Of a DNA stretch of 64,000 nt, positions 59,096 to 64,000 are shown piece after piece (positions within the stretch are counted from its first letter, which is position 1; each line of letters begins with the position of its first letter). The notes under the pieces were generated by a model. That model was not told the DNA's origin. It searched no databases and saw only the letters and a list, made by a program, of their open reading frames with translations. The translations under genes and the position numbers were made by a program. Origin of the DNA: Candidatus Hydrogenedentota bacterium (GTDB lineage: Bacteria > Hydrogenedentota > Hydrogenedentia > Hydrogenedentales > SLHB01); contig CAXXTH010000018.1 of assembly GCA_963668025.2 (NCBI GenBank), positions 256,001 to 320,000 of the forward strand, given 5' to 3'.

Positions 59096-59236
59096 TAGAC
59101 CACTAAATACACGAAATACACTAAAGTAACTCAGTTCGTTGTTATGCTTAAGCTCAAGATTTATGTTGAGGTCTAACTCAAAACTTCAAATTTTAGTGTG
59201 TTTCGTGTATTTCGTGGTCTCTGTTCCGTGATCTCA
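59096..59236. repeat. Foldback element B, direct repeat of element A
   Basis: AGACCACTAAATACACGAAATACACTAAA...TTTAGTGTGTTTCGTGTATTTCGTGGTCT; loop homologous to element A. Confidence 0.92.
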
Positions 59237-60070
59237 TTCGCTGAGGAGAGGCGGCGCTTCTTCACGTTCGAAGACGGGGGCGACATTCAGGCTCTTGATG
59301 GCTTCTTCCGTCGCCGACACGCCTGCGGCGATGCCGTCCACTTGCGCGGAGAAATCGGCGGGGTCCCGCGCATTGAGGCCCATCTCGCTGATGGCGTTCA
59401 CTTTCTGCTCGATGCGGTCAATCTCGACCGCCAGGAAATCGCGGTTTTCCTGTGCGCGGTCATAGTTGGTAAGGCGCTGTTTCAACGTGTCGAGCTTGTC
59501 CTGAATCGAACTAATGAACTTTTCGTTGCGCTGCTGGTCTTGGGCGGACTTCAGGTCTTTCTCCGTATTCGATATGGCCCGCACGAGTCCATCTCGATCC
59601 GTCGTTTCCAGGAAGCGGTCGAGGGCGTCCTGGCTGTAGAGGAGTTTCAGGAACATCCACAGCAGGCGTTCGAGCGAACCGGTTTGGATATTCGACACGG
59701 TTGGATTGTCCAACGCGGTGGGACCGCTGAATTGCTTGCCTATGGCGTCAAGGGAGAGGCAGCGCATGCGTAAGCGCTCGAAGCGTTCCCAGGCGGAATC
59801 GTCCAGCGCCTCACGGATTTTTGCCATGACTTCCTTCTGATCAACGGCACCTTTCCGGGTGACGTTCTGCGCATCTATCGCTTTGCGGAAGCGGGGATTC
59901 GCGGTTAATAGGCCCAAATATGTCAATTCCGCGGCGGTAGCGAGAGGCAACACGACATCGGGCTGGCCGGATAACATGCCCATAACCACTGCCGCGCCAA
60001 AGGCCAGCACGTTCCAACGCCAGAAAAAGGCGGCCCGCGTATACCGCATCAACGTCCGCCATGCGCCCAT
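59234..60070 (-). CDS. Hypothetical protein with 2 N-terminal TM segments and a long coiled coil
   Basis: Hydrophobic hairpin then heptad-rich helix (LKQRLTNYDRA..N...L.VEIDRIEQK); AAGGAGGT RBS. Confidence 0.8.
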   Translation of the reverse strand: MGAWRTLMRYTRAAFFWRWNVLAFGAAVVMGMLSGQPDVVLPLATAAELTYLGLLTANPRFRKAIDAQNVTRKGAVDQKEVMAKIREALDDSAWERFERLRMRCLSLDAIGKQFSGPTALDNPTVSNIQTGSLERLLWMFLKLLYSQDALDRFLETTDRDGLVRAISNTEKDLKSAQDQQRNEKFISSIQDKLDTLKQRLTNYDRAQENRDFLAVEIDRIEQKVNAISEMGLNARDPADFSAQVDGIAAGVSATEEAIKSLNVAPVFEREEAPPLLSE

Positions 60071-60093
60071 CCAGATACCTCCTTGAGAAAATC

Positions 60094-60264
60094 ACCACGA
60101 AGAGCACGAAGAACACAAAGTTTTTTTATGCGAATGTTATCATAATTTCTTGCGTTGTATATTCTTTCACAGATGACGCTGATGACACAGATGATTAATC
60201 TTGAACGGTATAGCCATATATCTAACTTCATATTTTAGTGTGTTTAGTGTATTTAGTGGTCTCT
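60094..60264. repeat. Mosaic element C of three 9-mer repeat types
   Basis: CACGAAGAG/CACGAAGAA/CACAAAG arm, central CACAGATGA/CGCTGATGA/CACAGATG, and right arm matching elements A/B. Confidence 0.8.
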
Positions 60265-60265
60265 C

Positions 60266-61141
60266 TTAGTCTTTCCCTTCTTCCAGTTTATCTAGTATAT
60301 CGCGCACTTTAAAATGCGTTTCCTGGAACGAAGGTTCGCGCATCATGAGCCTCGCGGGACGGTCTGGCGCGGCGACGAGGAACTGATGCAGTATCGTGCC
60401 CGGTGAATTGCTGAAGATATAGATCCGGTCGCCGAGGTAGACCGACTCGCTCACGTCGTGGGTCACGAAGAACACGGTCGCCTCGACTTCCTTCCACAAC
60501 TCGATCAGCAGGTCTTGCATATTGTGTCGTGTGGCGGGATCGAGGGCTCCGAACGGTTCATCCATCAGGATGATGCGCGGTTTCAATATGAGCGTGCGCG
60601 CGATGGCGACGCGCTGTCGCATGCCGCCCGAGAGTTGGTGCGGGTATTTCAACGCATCTTTGAGCGGGTCGAGGCCGACCCGGCGGATCCATTCGCGCGC
60701 CGCTTCATATCGTTCGTTTTTCGGAACGCCCTGGCATTCGAGTCCGAAGGCGACGTTGTCGAGTACGGTGCGGTTCTCGAATGCGGCGTAATCCTGGAAG
60801 ACCATACCCCGGTCGGGGCCGGGGCCTTTCACCGGTTCGTCACGATGCAGTACTTGGCCTTCCGTCGCGGGGAATTGCGGGGCCAGCCCCGCGATAAGGC
60901 GCAAAACGGTGCTTTTACCGCATCCGCTCGGACCAAGCATGCAGATAAATTCACCAGCGGCATCGAGGTCCTCCACGCGGAAGGTGACATCACGGATCGC
61001 GGTGTAGGCATGTTTTGTGCCGGGGGCATAGGTCTTGGTGACGCCTATAAACTCGACTACCGGCGCTGTGTCCGGCTTGACGGGTGCGCGGTAGGTATCG
61101 ACCAGCGAACAGGGCGGAGCTTTTGTTTCTACGATGGCCAT
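60266..61141 (-). CDS. ABC transporter ATP-binding protein, NitT/TauT family
   Basis: GPSGCGKST, GMVFQ, LSGGMRQR, MDEPFGALD, VTHD. Confidence 0.95.
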   Translation of the reverse strand: MAIVETKAPPCSLVDTYRAPVKPDTAPVVEFIGVTKTYAPGTKHAYTAIRDVTFRVEDLDAAGEFICMLGPSGCGKSTVLRLIAGLAPQFPATEGQVLHRDEPVKGPGPDRGMVFQDYAAFENRTVLDNVAFGLECQGVPKNERYEAAREWIRRVGLDPLKDALKYPHQLSGGMRQRVAIARTLILKPRIILMDEPFGALDPATRHNMQDLLIELWKEVEATVFFVTHDVSESVYLGDRIYIFSNSPGTILHQFLVAAPDRPARLMMREPSFQETHFKVRDILDKLEEGKD

Positions 61142-62178
61142 TATTGTTCTCCTGCGCGGCGATACGGGAAGACCCAGCGCTGCATGCTCAAAACGGTCCG
61201 GTCGATGGCGAAGGCCAGCAAGGCGATGATAATCAACGCCAAGAAGATGTGTTCGTGGTGGCCTTGCCGCTGGCTCATATTAATAATCGCCCCAAGACCA
61301 TTGGCCGCGTTGATGACTTCCGCCAGCATAATGTAACCAAAGGCGAGTCCAAACAAGAGCCGCAGGCTATTGACGATATCCGGCAGCGCAAGCGGAAAGA
61401 GCACTTTCCGAATCACCTGAAAACTCGCAATGGGGAACCATAAGGCGAATCCAATAAGGCCGCCTGTGATAGCCATCATGGCGAGCCCCAAACGCCATGA
61501 AGCCCATAAAGCCGCATCGTCGGGGCCTGGCCGCTGAGCTAGAAAATAATAGGCCCCCGCCAATACAAGGGCGTAGCCCAAACCAGCGTAAATAGATATC
61601 GCCAAGCCTTGCCGGGGAGCGAACCGCGCGCCGAGGGTGTAGGCCGCGTCGAGATAGTTATCCGCCACGCTTTGGACGGCGTTCGTACTGTCGAAGAGGA
61701 TGAACGCCACGGAGGCAAGGAAGATGAACATGACCTTCTGCGACTCGCCTAGCCCGAACCACATGAGCGTGAGCGGGATCAGCGCCGCGACGGGGATGTT
61801 GCGTCCGAAGATCGATAGGGGGCGCAGAAAGGCGTTTAGGCGCAAAAACGAACCCGCCAGCACGCCCAGCGGCACGGCGATGGACGCCGCCAGCAAGAAT
61901 CCGCCCAGCACGCGCCCAAGGCTCCACATCGCGCCGCGCGCCACGGCCCGCTCGAACCACAACTGCGGAAACGAACGCAACGTGTCTCCCAGGCTTGGCA
62001 GCGTGATAGCGTTGATGATACGTTCCTCAGGCGGCCCAGCGGTCAGGACATACCAAAGGGCGACGACGATGAGTACGCTGGCGAACGCGACGGCGGCGGC
62101 TTCGATGCGGCTGGGCCGGTCGCGCACCACCAGCCAGCGATGAACATAGGCCCGCCACCGCGGGGTGGATTCGGACAT
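61141..62178 (-). CDS. ABC transporter permease, NitT/TauT family, with a 2-TM insertion
   Basis: SLGRVLGGF, R.IP.AAL.PL...WFGLGE, DAAYTLGA...RKVLFP.ALP. Confidence 0.9.
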   Translation of the reverse strand: MSESTPRWRAYVHRWLVVRDRPSRIEAAAVAFASVLIVVALWYVLTAGPPEERIINAITLPSLGDTLRSFPQLWFERAVARGAMWSLGRVLGGFLLAASIAVPLGVLAGSFLRLNAFLRPLSIFGRNIPVAALIPLTLMWFGLGESQKVMFIFLASVAFILFDSTNAVQSVADNYLDAAYTLGARFAPRQGLAISIYAGLGYALVLAGAYYFLAQRPGPDDAALWASWRLGLAMMAITGGLIGFALWFPIASFQVIRKVLFPLALPDIVNSLRLLFGLAFGYIMLAEVINAANGLGAIINMSQRQGHHEHIFLALIIIALLAFAIDRTVLSMQRWVFPYRRAGEQ

Positions 62179-62215
62179 ATCGGAGATCCTCCTGAATCAA
62201 AATATACATGAACTC

Positions 62216-62287
62216 CGTAGCATGGGCGTCTCGCCCATGAAACAAAAGTTTAAACCATCGCTTCATGGGCGGGACACCCATGCTACG
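62216..62287. repeat. GTAG-type REP inverted doublet
   Basis: CGTAGCATGGGCGTCTCGCCCATGAA / TTCATGGGCGGGACACCCATGCTACG, 24/26 complementary. Confidence 0.85.
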
Positions 62288-62305
62288 TTCGATTGTAGCA
62301 GGTGT

Positions 62306-64000
62306 TTATTGCACCGCTTCGAGTGGATACACCTTCACTTCCACGCGCCGGTTTTGGGCGTGGTTGTTGGGATCCGCGGGATTGGCGGGCACATCCCAGC
62401 CCATGCCCACCGCGCTGAATTGCTGGGGATCGAGCGACGAGAATTTCTGCACCAGCGCCTCCTTCACGGCATTGGCGCGGTCGCTCGATAATTGTTTTAC
62501 GAGCGCGGGCGTGACTTGCCCCCGCATGCTGCTGTCCGTGTGGCCCTCGATGATAATGCGCGCCGCACCGTATTGCGCCGCCAGCTTGCCGATCTCCTCG
62601 AGCACAAGGTCTACATTCGGATCATACAGCCGCTCGACGCTCTTGCCATTCTCCATGACGGTAATTTTCTTGTTCAAATCGTAGCTATTCGGGAAGAAGT
62701 GGACCGTCACCACTTTAGTGAGAATTTCACCGCTCTCGGCCTTGATGCTCTGTACGGTCTTTGGCGTGAACTTGACTTGGTACTCATTCTTCGAGTCGGC
62801 GTATTTCGGATCACTCCCCAGCTTTTGCAGGATCGAGTAATCCATCACCGTGTCAAACGGCGCAGGCGATGTGATTTTGCCCAACTGGCGGTACAAGAAC
62901 GTGGCAGTGCTCCAGGTGCGCTCGAAGTTCGCCGGATTATTCTGGTTCATGAAGAAATCGCGGTTCTCGGCGTAATTCGTCGAGTGGGCGTCACCCATCA
63001 TGGACATGCAGTCGGTGGCGGGGATGTTATAAACGCTCGACATGAACTGCGCGGCCTTCTGCTTGCCTTCGTCAGTCTTGAGCATCTCCATCCCGTCGAA
63101 GATACCCCGCACCAGCCCCTCGCAGATGTCCATGTTGTCCTTGGCGAAATCGGCCCGCGCGAACCACACGTCCGCGATGAGCTTATTGGCCGTTAACGTA
63201 GTGACTAGCAGATGGTTATCAGGGATCTTCGTCAGGTTGTAAATGTCCGGAGCCCAGCTCACGCACGCCGCGATGTCTTTATTCGTGTTGAACGCCGCCG
63301 CCGCCTGGAAGGCGTCCTGCGTGTACACGAATTCGACTTCGGAAGGCTGCACGCCGCCGCTGATGAGCGTGTTCAACACGAAGAACTGGCTTGGAGAATT
63401 CTGTGCCAGCACCACCTTCTTGCCGCGCAAATCCGCGATGTTTGGCCGTTCCGGATCTTTCGCATGCTTACGCCGTATGACGATGCCATCGCCGCCATTT
63501 GACCAGTCCACCTGCTGAAAGATGCGCGGACGAATGCGGCTGTCCTTCTGCAATTCCTCCATGAACAGCGGCACCATATCGAGCGTCGCCCAGCCGATAT
63601 GCACCTTGCCCGCCGCGAAGGCGTCGCGCATGGAAACGGGATCGTCAATCAGGACCAGCTCGACCTTGAAGGGCTGGCCGTCCGGGGTTGTCCATTGCTT
63701 GCCTGGACCCCGGCCTTCATTAAAGAGGATGATGGGGGCCCAGCCTGCCCAGACATTCAAGGCGAATTTCACCGTGCGGTCCGCGAGAGGCTCATATCCG
63801 CTCACACCGCTCACAGGCGGAAGCTTCTCGCTGGGAACGAAATTATACTCCTTCACAGTGGTGGCCACATTCGCATCCGGCGCTTCCGCGCCTTCATCCA
63901 CGGGCGCGCCAGCGCCCTTTTTAAGGTCGTCCGATGTGATATTTGGCGCGGGTACGCCGCCGCCCGTCGAGCCTTTCGGGAAAATGTAGCCTCGCAGCCC
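62306..64000 (-). CDS. ABC substrate-binding protein (NMT1/TauA-like) fused to C-terminal OmpA domain; 5' end beyond the window
   Basis: W.GWAP, DWSNGGDGIV, IADV; IEGHTD..LS..RANAVK..NRRVE; frame open to base 64000. Confidence 0.9.
   Translation of the reverse strand, partial: GLRGYIFPKGSTGGGVPAPNITSDDLKKGAGAPVDEGAEAPDANVATTVKEYNFVPSEKLPPVSGVSGYEPLADRTVKFALNVWAGWAPIILFNEGRGPGKQWTTPDGQPFKVELVLIDDPVSMRDAFAAGKVHIGWATLDMVPLFMEELQKDSRIRPRIFQQVDWSNGGDGIVIRRKHAKDPERPNIADLRGKKVVLAQNSPSQFFVLNTLISGGVQPSEVEFVYTQDAFQAAAAFNTNKDIAACVSWAPDIYNLTKIPDNHLLVTTLTANKLIADVWFARADFAKDNMDICEGLVRGIFDGMEMLKTDEGKQKAAQFMSSVYNIPATDCMSMMGDAHSTNYAENRDFFMNQNNPANFERTWSTATFLYRQLGKITSPAPFDTVMDYSILQKLGSDPKYADSKNEYQVKFTPKTVQSIKAESGEILTKVVTVHFFPNSYDLNKKITVMENGKSVERLYDPNVDLVLEEIGKLAAQYGAARIIIEGHTDSSMRGQVTPALVKQLSSDRANAVKEALVQKFSSLDPQQFSAVGMGWDVPANPADPNNHAQNRRVEVKVYPLEAVQ

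Noticed and set aside
58554-60264. CRISPR array interpretation of the 9-mer repeats
   Set aside because: Units are tandem or inverted without unique spacers of regular length; no cas genes are present.

Overview
64-kb bacterial chromosome segment of moderately high GC from a diderm, flagellated, probably anaerobic organism; the gene content is reminiscent of Ca. Hydrogenedentota (inference only). No rRNA, tRNA or CRISPR array was seen. The left 20 kb is an accessory region. It holds a beta-helix surface-protein gene split by an ISKra4-like IS (8-bp TSD), an intact class IIC group II intron inserted right after a terminator hairpin, an ISAs1 element with an extra ORF (10-bp TSD), a low-GC patch, and a secreted repeat protein beside a broken paralogue. 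The middle holds housekeeping and regulatory genes: PilZ protein, phosphate porin and phoU, SNF2+SWIM, a sigma54 two-component pair, NAD kinase and an amidase. The right end is a long minus-strand gene run: OmpA-fused ABC system, 2TM coiled-coil protein, GxxExxY nuclease, AAA+ ATPase, hsdR, four-helix-bundle gene and an hsdM-hsdS fusion. Four signals stand out. (1) The GxxExxY gene is framed by two ~125-150 bp foldback elements built of 9-bp units, running from a stop codon to the next RBS; a parallel 9-mer family lies in and around the four-helix-bundle/R-M genes, suggesting an operon-intercalating cassette system. (2) A 1241-aa membrane TPR protein carries ~13 FliM-N-like LLDQxELDAL motifs. 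(3) A 50-aa small protein has its own RBS and terminator. (4) Three surface proteins share a C-terminal sorting-like tail. At least five REP-like palindrome families occur. All family assignments come from motif recognition by eye; no database searches were run.
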